From assembly GCA_051294375.1 (NCBI GenBank), contig CM119267.1, forward strand, positions 17,338,606-17,402,605: 64,000 bases of DNA. Reading direction: 5' to 3'. The position numbers and the translations under genes were made by a program. This DNA comes from Paraspadella gotoi. Taxonomy: Eukaryota > Animalia > Chaetognatha. Shown in pieces: positions 13,167-26,458 of this stretch. Positions within the stretch are counted from its first letter, which is position 1. The number at the start of each line of letters is the position of its first letter. The notes below the pieces were generated by a model, which was not told the origin of the DNA, made no database searches, and worked only from the letters and a program-made list of their open reading frames with translations.

Positions 13167-13629
13167 CTCTTCTTCTCTCTCTCTCTCTCTCTCTCTCTCA
13201 TCGATGATTGAATTCAACGACGACGATTTCTCCCGCCGTCTTTTCGTCGTCGTCGTCTCCCGTCGTCGTCTTCGTCATCGTCGTTTCCGGCGACGTCACC
13301 TTCAGATCGATGGCGACCGACGTCGCCAAATCGGTCATTTCCAGAAGAGAGGATTGGGTGTCTGTCGCCTCCATTATTGCGGAAGGAAGGACATCTGTCG
13401 ATGAAGGAGGGTCGGGGGTGGAGTTTGGGAATTTTTTAAAATTTGGTCACATATCGAAAGCGAGCGAAGGGAGCCAACGAAGGACCAACGGAAAGGAGAT
13501 GATTAAACCGGCGAGCAGCTGAGAAAAGGAAGACAAATAAATTCGATTCGACATCCAATTTTCTCGTCAATCTCAGGAATCGGTCCGTCGTTCTGGAAGG
13601 AAGACCGTCAGGAATTAATCGACAGCTGA

Positions 13630-15847
13630 CTAAATCTTATTTTGACAACCGATGTCTACAGATGGGAGGAAAAGGGGGGGAAAAAAAGAAAGAAAAATGA
13701 TGGAAAAAAAAACAAGAGCTTTATAATTTTGTTATTTTTCACTTTTTTACACATTGATTCCTTTTTTTAAAAACATAGAATTAACTATGTCAATGTAAAC
13801 CGAACGTGTGCCTCACCGGCAAGCTTGGGCTTGTCCATGTCCGTCATTTCGACCAGGTCACCCCGTCCACAGTCGACGCTGCCAGGAACTCCGTTGGCTT
13901 CCTCCATCTGCCCCGTTTCGCCCCGCTGGGATGGGAATGTGAAAAATAATAATTAATACGTAAATAATAAATAATTTCCCGCTTACTTCTTGATTGCCGC
14001 CGAAAATTCGTCCCTTCACCCGCGTAACGAATTCTGTCGCCGGTTTTAAAATCTCAAAACAGGAATTTCGAAATCCTACGAAAAAATGGGAAAGGTTTTA
14101 TTTTTAGGAAATTAATACGACCAATTTTACGTAGTTTAGTGGCCAAATACCGCCTCGATTCTGATTAATAAACTTTTAACGCGTCGGTCTATCTCATTTT
14201 ATACTGAAAGCAGAAAACACAATCCAAAAAATACAGCAAATGCAACCACAACGTTTTTCCATTCCAACCGGAACTGAGAGTGACGTAGATGAAAAAGTTG
14301 ACCGAGGACGAGACCATCAGCGCCAACAGGGAAATGTTGGTCAAAATCCAGATGCGGATGAGGAAGCGACGCGCGGCGACGTTCTTCTGGAGCCCCTGCG
14401 ACCGGTCCAGCTGCTGCATCAGCGTCAGGTTGGCGCTGTAGTCGATCGGCGGGCAGAACTCGTAGCCCCAAAGGGCGGCATCGAATTGTCGGCGGGGTCG
14501 GGGAGGAGTTGGAGGGGTATGAGGATGGTTGGAGGGAGGAGGAAAGAGGAGTGGGGGGGTGGAAGATGAAGAAAGGATGGATTAGATAACTGGGTTGGAA
14601 CACCTAAGGTTACGAATAAACAAATACGCAATGCACGTTAATTTTTTTGCCCTAAGTTTTTACTTTTCTTCTAGTCAACTATTGGCGTTGACTTTATAAT
14701 CGCTACGCATTTTAATGATAACTCTCCGAATTAATTACATCTCTCTGATAATTATTGTTTCAAGACTACTTGTCGAATGGGGCCGGTGACCGTTATCATT
14801 TAAAACATTGTATAAATGACTCGAATAATAAGTTGTGTACGCAAAAAGTATTTAAATGAAAAGAGCGAAGAGAGAAATGAAGGCTTTGATGGGATCGCCG
14901 TCGGTGACCCGCGAAACGAGGCCACCATGGCACCGGAGATCCATGGCACCATGACCATTAGTGGACGCGCTCTTTTAGGCTCCTAAATTGTTCTTTGGCG
15001 AAAGGAAATCGATGGTGAAACAGACGACGATGACAAAGACGACGACCACGACATGGAAAACTTCGGGACGCTGATCAATCGCGCCGGAGACTAGTGTAAA
15101 TACAATATGAGTTTCGATGCCGAATAAAAGCGGATTTCTTAGTCAAGTCGTTCGTCAAATAGAATATTAACATAAAAATAAGTTTTTTATTGGGAAGTTT
15201 TTATAGAACGGGTAAGTATGTTGAACCGAACGTAGGAAGCAGACAAAAATCACCGACGACGACGACGACGACGACGNNNNNNNNNNCGACGACGACGACG
15301 ACGACGAATTCTCTTCATGACCTTCGGAGATCAAATCTTCCTTCGATGATCGACGACGATATCGGAAAAGGAGAAAATTTCAATGAGGGAATTATAATTT
15401 TGAGGCTTTATTTTCGAAAGGCGACCTATTTTCGCTTAAGTAAAGAGTAAGATTAGGCGAGGGGGGGTGGATGTTAGGGATTAAGGTTAGGAATTCGGTT
15501 AGGAAGTAGGGATTAGGGGTCAGGGTAAAGATTTGGCGAAAGATTGAGGACAAGCACCGATCTTCAGGGAATGACGTTTTTTTAGAGCGACATCATCGGT
15601 GATTTGTGGAAATAGATTTTCATTGCCTTTTGATTAAAACCGACAAATGACAATGACATGCTTCGTGAATAATGTTAGTGTCGTCCAACACCTGGTTTGA
15701 TGACGAATTGGCGTTGAAATCGTCGTTGTTGTCATCAACGCGAATGGCGCAGTTTCCGTCAACGATATGCCTGTAGGAAAAAAGAGGGTGTGAAAAAGCG
15801 GAATGAATTTTACACTCTTTCCATGTTTTTTCTGTCTGTCTGTCTGT

Positions 15848-15940
<93 letters not shown>

Positions 15941-16459
15941 TAAATCTTTATCAATCATCACATTTTACATTTACAATCATTTTATATAAGCCTCGACTAA
16001 ACACAACCCTGGCCCGAACTTTCCCCACATCGACCTCACCCGTAAAGCGCGGTGGCGTAGAAGGGAAATTGGAAGATTAAGAAGGTAACGGTTATGACGG
16101 TGCACACCAGAGTCACGTTTCGCCTTGCCTTCTGATCGTCCTGAGAAGTGATAAAAGTTATGATAAAAGATGACGAATGATCGTTTCCCTCGATTCCGCG
16201 AGTGATAAATTCCCGTCTCGAGGTTCCTCCTTTCCCTTCCCGCCTTCGAATCTCAGAAAAGAAAAGAAAAGAAAATAAGAACGGTAGAGTTCAATGCGTT
16301 GCGTCGGAAGCCGGATTCGACTCTCCCATTGGACGAGCCATCAGAGGAACCGACCAATGAGAAGATGGGCTAAATGCTATACAAGTGTCAAACATATGCA
16401 CAAGAAGCATCTTTTTGTTAAGTTTTAAGCAAAACGACCAACTATTATTATTATTATTA

Positions 16460-16546
<87 letters not shown>

Positions 16547-17310
16547 CATTATTATTATTATTATGCCGCATTTAATTTATGATCACGCGATTGTAGTTCT
16601 GTATGGTTACACTGTAACTTACAGTATGAAACATATATGCTTATAAAGCATTTACTGATATCTTACCAGTCGGTCAAGTACTAACTAAAATGCTACATTA
16701 AATTTCTGGTTATAGGATCTCTTTTTTAGGTGAAATTGATTTATGAGCATCCAAAACATTAAGGGGACAGACCGATGTACAGACGGGCAAACAGACTGAC
16801 CGACTGACTGACCGAAAAGTGATTTATTGATTTTCTCCTCGAGTACTCGCGACGCGACTAAAAAAGGGAAGAAGCCCTTTTTTACTCGCGGCTTCCGTCG
16901 TCTTTTCATCGTCGCTCGCGATAATAAAGGTGATGATCGGACTACGCTGCTGCCGCCAAGCGACAAGATCAGTCATTATCGCCGTTGAAAGAGTCATCAA
17001 AAAAAAATCTTAAAAGCCATAAAGAGTCGAGCCGCTTTCGTTGTAACCAAATATTGATGCATGATACCAAATATTCGATGCGATGATAACCAAATATTGA
17101 ACGCGATGATAACACAGCTAATTGATAGCGATGACTAACAGAAATGACTGACTGTGATGAATAACAAATGATTGATGCGATGATAGTCATTCATTGATAT
17201 GATGATAATCTTCATTGATACGATGATAGTCATTCATTGATGCGATGATAGTGATCATTGACGCGCTGAATCATCTCATCGTAAATAAAACAAACAATGC
17301 GTGTATGAGT

Positions 17311-17396
<86 letters not shown>

Positions 17397-17553
17397 GACA
17401 GTTTTCCCGCCACGAAACGCATTATTAGGTCTCTCTCGTTTATATAAAGAATAATCAGAATTTTAGAAAAAAATCCACGAAAATCTCGGATGTAAATTTG
17501 TGATTTTGTATTGAGAAAAAATAATAATGGCGATAATAAAAGTTTTTAGAAGG

Positions 17554-17597
<44 letters not shown>

Positions 17598-17999
17598 GAG
17601 AGAGGAGAGAGAGAGAGAGAGAGAGAGAGGCGAGGAGAAAGAGGGAGGGAGAGTGAGAAAGAGAGAGAGAGAGAGAGTTTTCCCACCAACGAGACGCATT
17701 ATTAGGTCACTCTCGTTTATATCGGTTATCCGTTGCCTCGCAACGGCGTCGTGAAATTGGGTCTATGTTGATTTTTTTTATACACGTAACGCGTTATTAG
17801 GTCATGTTCCTCGACATTGTTTACTTGTTGCTCCGCAACGACACGAAATCTAGGTTAAGTAAGTTAGTGTATTTTGGGATTTTGTATTGAGATAAATAAT
17901 AAATGGCGATAATAAAAGTTTTTAGAAGGAAAAATCCACGAAAATCTCGGAATAAATGGCGATAATAAAAGTTTTTAGAAGGAAAAAAAAGAGAGAGAA

Positions 18000-18031
<32 letters not shown>

Positions 18032-19446
18032 AAAGAGAGATAGAGAGAAAAAGATTGTTCTTTTTTTAGGAAGAAACCAGACGAGGTCAAATTTAATATT
18101 TGCATATTTAATTAATTTATAAATAGTTATCACAACTCAAATAATTATTATTTAAAAAAAAGTTAAAATGTATTAAATATATACACTAAAAAATATTATA
18201 AATTTAATAATAGTACAAATTATCAGAATAAAAACAAAAAGTAATGTTTAATTTGACTATATCTCTCTTATCAACTCCTATTTTAGATATAATTTGCCAA
18301 TAGTGGGCCAACCGTGCAAAGTTCAATAATAAATAAAAACAAAATTTTTTTTTTATAATGTGATGCATGCAATTATATTATTCGGTGAAAGTGCTGCATA
18401 TATATATAGGTCACATTAGCTGATTTATATGTGATAATGCATATCATTATAAGTTATTCTTCATTTTTTAAAAAAAATAATAAGAGAGAGAAGAGAGAGA
18501 AGAGAGAGAAAGAGAAAGAGAGAGAGAGAGAAAAGAAAAAGAAAAAGAAAAACCGAATTTCTTTCCAATTTATCTCAGATATAAATTTGGGATTTTGTAT
18601 TGAAAAAAAAAAGCGCGGAATAAATGGCGATAATAAAAGTTTTGAGAGGAAAAAAATAATCAGAATTTTTTCAAAAAACACGAACGATTCGTCAAGAGTG
18701 AGAGAGACAGAAAGACAGAAAGAGAGAGAAGAGAGACAGAAAGAAAGAGAAAGCTGGAAGCCAGCTGAACAGTCACTGCAGAACCTGAACTCGTTTTTTA
18801 AGGGTTCAGAAAAAGCAGCAACTGACAAATATAGGAAAGAAAATCTATATATAATTTAAAGAAATAAAAGAAAGGCAAAAATATGTTACAATTGTTTACA
18901 ATTGGAAATTTTTCAATTTTTTTCCAATCGCAGCTTGTAAAAGATTTAATTTATATTTGTATTAAAATTAAGATATAGCTTCTCATTAAAAAATCCTTTG
19001 AGGTTCCCATTTTTATTAAAAATTTAAACAAATTTTTTTGAATTTCATCTATATTATATACTGCAATATGTAAATTAGATTAAAGCATTTCTATATACTA
19101 ATTTGGATATTATAAGGAGTACTTTAATCTCATTTTGCATATTGCAGTAAATCATAATGAAGTGGAAATTTCAAACAAAAAATACTTAAATCCAAATGTA
19201 ATATGAAAATATCACAGCTATTTCAAGATGAAAAGCCATATCTAAATTTTTTAACTTACTATGATCGCACACTTTTGTAAAACTTTATCATAATTCATAA
19301 TAATTTTTATTTAAAAAAAACGGTAAGTCACAGCTAACCTATAAAAGCGTAGTAGTTTTTATATAATGAAAACAGCGTGGGACGAGAGACGACGACGACG
19401 ACGAACGACGACGACGACGACGACGACAGACGACTGACGACGACGA

Positions 19447-19519
<73 letters not shown>

Positions 19520-19587
19520 CGACGACGACGACGACGACGAACGACGAGACGACGACGACGACGAATCGACGACGACGACGACGACGA

Positions 19588-19618
<31 letters not shown>

Positions 19619-19634
19619 CGACGACGACGACGAC

Positions 19635-19690
<56 letters not shown>

Positions 19691-19939
19691 ACGACGACGA
19701 CGACGAACGACAGACGACGACTAGTTACAAAGAAGCAACCCTAAAACATTATAGAGCCTGACCCGGCTTCGCCGTCAAGGCTCGATAATAAAGAGCAACG
19801 AGTTTGGAACGAAGCCAGTTTAAGGAGGGACGGGGGGCGTGGCGGGTTATGATTGATGAAGCTTTGACGAAGTGAGAGTTGGAGGTGGTTAGATTTCTGA
19901 AAAAAAATATTGACCAACTTGCTATTTAATATTTCGTTA

Positions 19940-19983
<44 letters not shown>

Positions 19984-20998
19984 ATTTCTACGAATCGTTT
20001 TTCTTGAACATTTTTTTCCCACTCATTTATCTCTAGGCCGCTTCAGCGGGTGTCGATAAAACATGATCAACATTGATCATGCCACAATCTCATCATATTT
20101 GTCAACCTCAACAAAAGGATGCCTTTCAAAACCGATTATGATATTACATATTATATATTTAAGTAAAAGGAAGGAATTTTTTTTTCTCTCTCTCTCCAAC
20201 GGGATTCGTCTATCTCGAGCTGAAAGCATGGATAAACTTTTCGCGATGACACGAGTAATATCGCCAAAGCTAAAAATAGAAATTCAATTTATTTCCCCCC
20301 CAAAAAAAACTTTTTGAAAATTGGTTCAAGGTGACAACGACAATTGCAACTGGTTCGCGATTGCGCAGAGAGAAACCTAATTATATGTTTTAATTGATTT
20401 ACTTAGTTACATAAAGAATTTAAAGAGGTTTTCTTTTTGTACGAGGATGTGAAGGTTGGCCGGGCATAAAAAAAAAAATCATTTAAATCATTTAATCATT
20501 TAATCATTTACCATTAAAAAAATTCCTGAAAAAAACATTTTTGCTCGTCATTGGTTATCGCGATTCGTTTAATCATTTTCCATCTCGGTCGTGGTCGTCG
20601 TCGTCGTCGTCGTCGTCGTCCTCGTCGTCGTCGCCGTCGCCATCGTCGTCGTCGTCGTCTTCTAGATCGTTTCTATCCTCGTCTCCCCATTTCTTTTTAA
20701 ACGGAGCGGAAATTACAGCGTTTAAAACTTTTTTTTTTTTTAAAGAAAAAAAATGTTTCTCGCAGGTGCGTTCCCCGGTGACCTTGGCGACGCGCGGGGG
20801 AACGAAAGCGCCATCTAAATTGCGAATTTACAGTTGGGTGGGAGGACGGCTCTCCGTCGATAGGAGCTTCAATTCACTTTCTAGGTGCATATTCAATTAT
20901 TCGTTCAGTGTTAAGAATCAGATTAGCTTTCTCGTTTTAATACATGGTGAAAGTCATTGTTAAATAGTTTCAGATTTGATTGATTGATTTATTGATTT

Positions 20999-21033
<35 letters not shown>

Positions 21034-21349
21034 GAATGAATGAATGAATGAATGAATGAATGAATCAATCAATTAATTATGAATTGATTGAATTATTGAA
21101 TAACTGATTGATTGGTTGATTGAATTAATAGATTGATTGTTTTTATTATTAATTGATTGATTGATTGATTGATTGATGTATATCGTCGCACCTTGTTGCT
21201 TCCAAACGCCCTCGCGGTTTGAGCCGAGTCGCTGTTCCCGGAAATGGAGAATCCACGAAAGCGTCGGTTCAGCGCCCAGATCGTCCGGCTATTCAGGTAG
21301 ACTGAGAGAGAGAGAGAGAGATAGAAGAGATAGAGAAGGAAGGAGAGAG

Positions 21350-21406
<57 letters not shown>

Positions 21407-22533
21407 GAAAGAGAAAGGAGAGAGAGAGAGAGAGAGAGATAGTTTGCACGTCAACTGTAAACAATTTAATTTTTACACTCTCTCTTTTAATACTAAGGAA
21501 ACTAACGAACTTTTTCCCCGCGTTTTTCCCCCTACCGCATTGCCCTAACTTACCTCCCCAAAAAATCAACCGTCGTCCTTCACTTACCCAAAAGAATGAA
21601 GGGAATGAAGAACTCGATGATTTCCGACAACCAGATTCGGTAGTAGTAAGTGTAGTATCGGTCGAAGTTGTCCGAGAAGGCGGGTCGGATGCGGGGTTGC
21701 CCGTTCTCCATCTGGATGGTGCTCTCGAAGAATCTGGAAAGGCGTTGAGACGGGACGGAGGTTGGGTGAAGGATTATCAATGAATAAGTGATTATTAATG
21801 AATAAGTGATTATTAATGAATAAGTGATTTTTAATGAGTTATGGGTAATATGTAGGATTTTAAATTTCGTCCTGTGCCGACATATATTTTGATATTTTGA
21901 TATTGACAGAAAATTATTGATAAATAATAAGTTGTTTGTCCTTTAAAGCATGAAAAATGTTTAGCAAAAAACTAAAAAAATAAATCCGTCGTAAATAAGT
22001 TTTTCTAATTTCTTATGTAGTCGGGCATTGCCTAGGTTCACCCCGCCTATAAGCATGACACCTTCAGTCCTGACCCGGTGGCTCATTGAGTAAAGCCATC
22101 AGCTCATGACCACTAGGTACCGGGTTCAATCCCAACCCGGTACCTACCCTGTGGGAAGCGTGAGGACGGCCGTAAGCCGCCTTGGGGGCGTGGCAACCCC
22201 TCAAGCCTGGTTCCAAGCCCAGGACCCGTTCCATGGCTACTAAAGGGGGTTATAGAAGTTACGGATAGTCATCTTCAGCCCACTTAGCGCCTTATCCACA
22301 CTTATTTATTTAAAAAATGTTTCTAGGTATATTGTATAATGACAGACGCTTTAGCCACCAAATCTTGTCCCATGTTCGAAAGAAAGATAATTCCTTAGTA
22401 AATGAACTATTTTATATTGATTGTAACAATTTCATAAATGGTCTCAGAGATATATTATATTTTCCCCCTTGTGAAAATCATATTTGTCGAAAAGAAAAAA
22501 AACGTTTTGATGATGATATTGGATTTATATTGC

Positions 22534-22598
<65 letters not shown>

Positions 22599-25500
22599 AA
22601 TCCCCTTGATTCTTATGAAAGCTCATAAGGTCAGTCTGATCATCCAGAATGGATTTTTTTTTGAGGCACGTGACGACATGTCGAGGTGAGAATAGCTCAA
22701 GTCGAGATCTTTGAGAAACAGGAAATTTTTTTTTCTTTTTCATAAAAATAAAATTTCGTTAGCGTTTAATACCGACGAACGTTAAAATTACATAAAAAGT
22801 CGTTACAACATTAATAAGGGGGACTTAGTATGAGGCTTAATTAGTTAGTTTAATCAACTTAAAAGCCATAATCAATAAATCGATAACTCTTGAGATTCTT
22901 GAATAAACTTTTTTTTGGGGGGGGGGTAGGAGAGGTTGAGCGAGGAAATGACAAACGGTTTCTCGTTGATGCATATTATACATTGTATATAAGTATATAG
23001 AGAAAGAATAAAAGAAAGATTTTAGGGAAAAAAACAAAACCAAGAGAGATGGAGAGAAAGAAAGACGAGGAGAAAGAAAGGAAGAGAAACCAAAAAGGAA
23101 GGCAGAGACGAAGAAAGAAAGACTGCAAGAAAGAAAAAAAAAATAGACAGAAAGTGAAAAGAAAGAAAGAAAGAAAATAAAAAGAAAGATAGATTGAGGC
23201 GTGGCGAGGATGACTCGCGTGAATTACGATTTTAAGGGAGAGATAGAGAGCGACATCCGTCAACTTCCTCCGCAGATGGAGGCTGTTATGACCCATAAAC
23301 AACAACAACGACGACGACGACAACAGCGGCGAAACGACAAACGAGGACAACGGAAAAAGAACGACAGAGGCAAGGACGACGACAATGACGACAAAGAAGA
23401 CGATGACAAAGATGGCTTATGACAAAGAAGACGATGATGACATATACGACGAAGAGGAAGACGAGGAAAATGACATCGACGTTGATGGACGACGATGGCA
23501 AAGACGACAAAGAAGACGACGATGACATGTACAACAAAGTCAACAATGAGGAAGACGAGGAAGATGACAAATATAACGTGGAAGACGACAACCAACATGA
23601 TGACAAAGATGGGTAATTGGGTATGACCAAAACGACAAAGAAGACGACGATGACAGGTACGACGAATAAGTCAACAAAGAGGAAGACAAAGAAAATGACA
23701 TAGACGATGAGGGACGACAAAGAAGTCGACAACCACTACGACAATGACAAAGACGATGACGAAGAAGTCGACGACAAAGACGATAACGACAAAGACGACG
23801 ACGAAAGCGACATCAAAGGATGTCGGGAACGACGATGTGACTCGTATTGTAGACAAGCGAATGATTTAACCTCCGTCCTCCGACTCGGATCGAACTCGAG
23901 ACGGCACCTGCTCCGTCTACATCTTCCGCACCTGGGCAACTTGTAGACAAAGGCGACGCCGACGACGCCGAGGATGACTCTCTTGCTGGTGGAAGTCGTG
24001 CATCTGCTGGAGGCGAAGTAAGGATGACAGATGCCGAAGTACTTGTCGGCGGAGAGCGAGGTGACCAGCCAGACGTTGACCAGCCGCACCAGCTCCTCCA
24101 GGATGCCCATCCAGTGGCGGAAGTAGGAATGATACCGGATCCAGCCGGGAGAGCTCCTTGGGTTTGGAATCGGAAAGGAGAGCGTGGAGGGAAGAAAGAT
24201 TGGGAATTTGTCTTTTATTCACACAATTTACGAGTCTGTATGTTGTCATTTTTTAAACATATTTGAAATAGTATAGTAAGTCGATTTTGTGCCACTTTGT
24301 CGTAGTAAAAAAAAATATAAGTTTAATTGAAAAAATTAAGGTAAGTTAAAGCGTAAAAAAATAGTTTATTCAGATGAATACAATAACCTTATATTTTCAT
24401 TAACAATAATTTTGATTAAATCTTTAGCTTTAACATCTCCAGACTCCCTCATAGAATACCCCACCCCGTTTCCTACTCACTAACTTACCCTAACCTCCTC
24501 TTTCTTTCCTTACTTATCCTTCCCGCCACTCACATGGCCTCCTTCTCGCCCACCAACCACCATATCGAGTGGTTGACGAAGATGAGCAGCAGCAGCAGGA
24601 TGTCCGACGCGGCGAGCGTCTGCAGGTATTTCAGGGTCGACGAGCTGGCCTTCAGCTGGCGCAGCACCAGCAGCACCAGCACGTTGAAGAATACGCCGGG
24701 CCAGATGATGGCGGAACCGACGTGCCATAGACAGACGCGGTTGAAATGCGCCACCTGGCGGTGAGAGGGGAAGAGAAAAGAGAGGCGAGTCGGTGAATGA
24801 GTCGGCAAGGTGAATTGCAAATTATCTTGAGGAAAGAGAGGCTGTGGATGATGTGAGGATTGTGAGGTTCTTCACCTCCGAGATTCCCTTTTTTTTCTTG
24901 GATAAATTTCACAAAAGTTTTGTGGAGAAAAATGTTCTGAGAGTGACGTGAGAAAATTCTTAAGGAGACCAGCGGATGATGGGAAAGATTTTTTTTGTTA
25001 ATTTTTTTTGGAGAAAATTAAAATTAATATTCTAATATATGACTAAGCCCGAATGATTTGTCGTTTCCCTATTTTTTTATTTTATAAACGTCAGCATGGG
25101 ATTATGACTCGTTCCTACTTCCTGTTTCAGCTTTATATATAATATTATATAATACATAATATTTAAATTTACATGACATTTGACTTGATTTTTTATTTAG
25201 TTTAAATTATAAAATTATACAAACCATCTCTCGTCCCTATTCGTTTTTTCTTAAAGATAAATATTCCCTGAAATTTTATTTCTTTTCACGTAGGCATCTC
25301 ACGATTCACAGCTGAAGAAGTCACGGATGCCGCCCGAGTGATGAACAAACAATGGAAAAAGGAAATTAAGCGAAGATAATTTCGAAGATGGCGGAGAAAG
25401 AAATGTGGGCGTGGTGGAGTGGGCGTGGAGCCGCTTGAGTATAAGACGTGAACGTTGCTGACAAATATGGCGGACAACAAACGGCAACAAGTGAAATGTG

Positions 25501-25704
25501 ATGCAAATCATCGACGAACGATGACGATCACGACGACGACGACGACGACGAGAGAGCTAAAACAACTTACCAAAATTCCGACCTCACCTCTTCGTATCTC
25601 TTGCGAGCCAAGAATTTGTTTCCCAATAAATTGATGATGTTGATCGTGTTCGAGTTGAAGTTCGAGCTGAAGTCCGACTTGTTGAACAACGAGAGGAATT
25701 CCAT
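13630..25704 (-). CDS. Class A (rhodopsin-like) peptide GPCR, FMRFamide/myosuppressin/sex-peptide receptor-like family (~470 aa)
   Basis: Exons 25704-25588, 24754-24534, 24156-23932, 21733-21588, 21301-21192, 16140-16040, 15770-15692, 14458(?)-14269, 14075-13987, 13925-13817 and 13655-13630 are phase-consistent. Motifs: TM2 YLQTLAASD, TM3 SADKYFGICHP, LPRFFE after TM4, TM5 FFIPFILLVYLN, TM6 FLIFQFP, TM7 SSSVNFFIY. N-terminal NKS sequon. The acceptor of the TM7 exon is uncertain. Confidence 0.88.
15277..15286. other. Assembly gap (10 N) inside a (GAC)n tract
   Basis: nnnnnnnnnn flanked by gacgac repeats. Confidence 0.95.
16443..16564. repeat. (TAT)n microsatellite, ~40 units
   Basis: Direct read. 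Confidence 0.95.
17040..17265. repeat. Degenerate ~22-nt minisatellite (attgatgcgatgata... units)
   Basis: Repeated tgatgcgatgataaccaaata / tgatgcgatgatagtcattca units. Confidence 0.7.
17390..18660. repeat. Locally duplicated intronic module interspersed with (GA)n tracts
   Basis: aatggcgataataaaagttttt occurs at ~17526, ~17901, ~17955 and ~18622, three times preceded by ttttgtattga. acgc(a/g)ttattaggtc occurs at ~17417, ~17694 and ~17789. Confidence 0.75.
19381..19721. repeat. Long interrupted (GAC)n microsatellite (~340 nt)
   Basis: Direct read; many single-base slips. Confidence 0.95.
22021..22310 (+). mobile_element. tRNA-derived SINE with structured body and (TTAT)n tail, antisense within GPCR intron
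   Basis: A-box-like gtggctcattgagtaaagc at ~22078 and B-box ggttcaatccc at ~22122. GC-rich hairpin body and 3' cttatttattt tail. Confidence 0.65.
23300..23815. repeat. Degenerate GAC/GAT/GAA-rich tract with an internal ~200-nt imperfect duplication
   Basis: gatgacaaagatgg...gacaaagaagacga(c/t)gatgaca...gaggaagac...gaaaatgacat occurs at ~23402 and ~23599. Confidence 0.65.
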
Positions 25705-26362
25705 CAGCGCCGGCGTTGGGGCGTTCAGGCGCCGCGGCGCCCGAAAATGGGGGAAAAAAGATCAGTTTCGTTCGGCTCTTTTTTTCGAACCGAATTCGTT
25801 GATGTATATTTATTTAATTATTTATTAATTATTATTGTTAATTATTTATTTAATTGTCGTATGGAGCGGATTTTTGCCGAGCGACGTATCACTGCTGTTT
25901 GAGAGATTGAGAGATTGAGAAATTGGTAATGCCTTTTTGTTAAGATACATAGTTTATTAATTAATTAATTAATTAGTTTATTATTTATTAATTTTAAAGC
26001 CATTTCTTTTTTTTTCAATTAAAATTTATTTTTAAAACTTTAAGACCAGAATAAAAATATCATTCGGTCTTTTAACTTCACAAATTGATGAGTCATATTA
26101 TATTAAAAAAAGGCATTCTTAATTCCTCAATCCTTATTCTTCAATGTTCAATTGTTCTTCTTCCAACCCGAATCGACCCGCGCCTTTCGATCCAACCGTC
26201 AAAAAAAACGCCGTCTGGGACGAATACGGCGCTGTTGTGATAACGACGCCGCATTTGAGGCGGCGCTCATTGACCGCTTTCATTGTCTAGTTAGAAATAT
26301 GTTAGGATGAATGTTATTTTGTTGTATCTCAGGAGATTATTTGACGGATGATTTTCTGATCT

Positions 26363-26409
<47 letters not shown>

Positions 26410-26411
26410 AA

Positions 26412-26458
<47 letters not shown>

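Noticed and set aside
22072-22145. tRNA gene
   Set aside because: A and B boxes are present, but there is no acceptor stem or terminator; treated as a SINE head.
22215-22285. Minus-strand CTGAAGA...GGAAC-GG-GTC hammerhead-like string
   Set aside because: GGAA replaces GAAA, stem I is poor, and the hairpin pairs better on the + strand through G-U.
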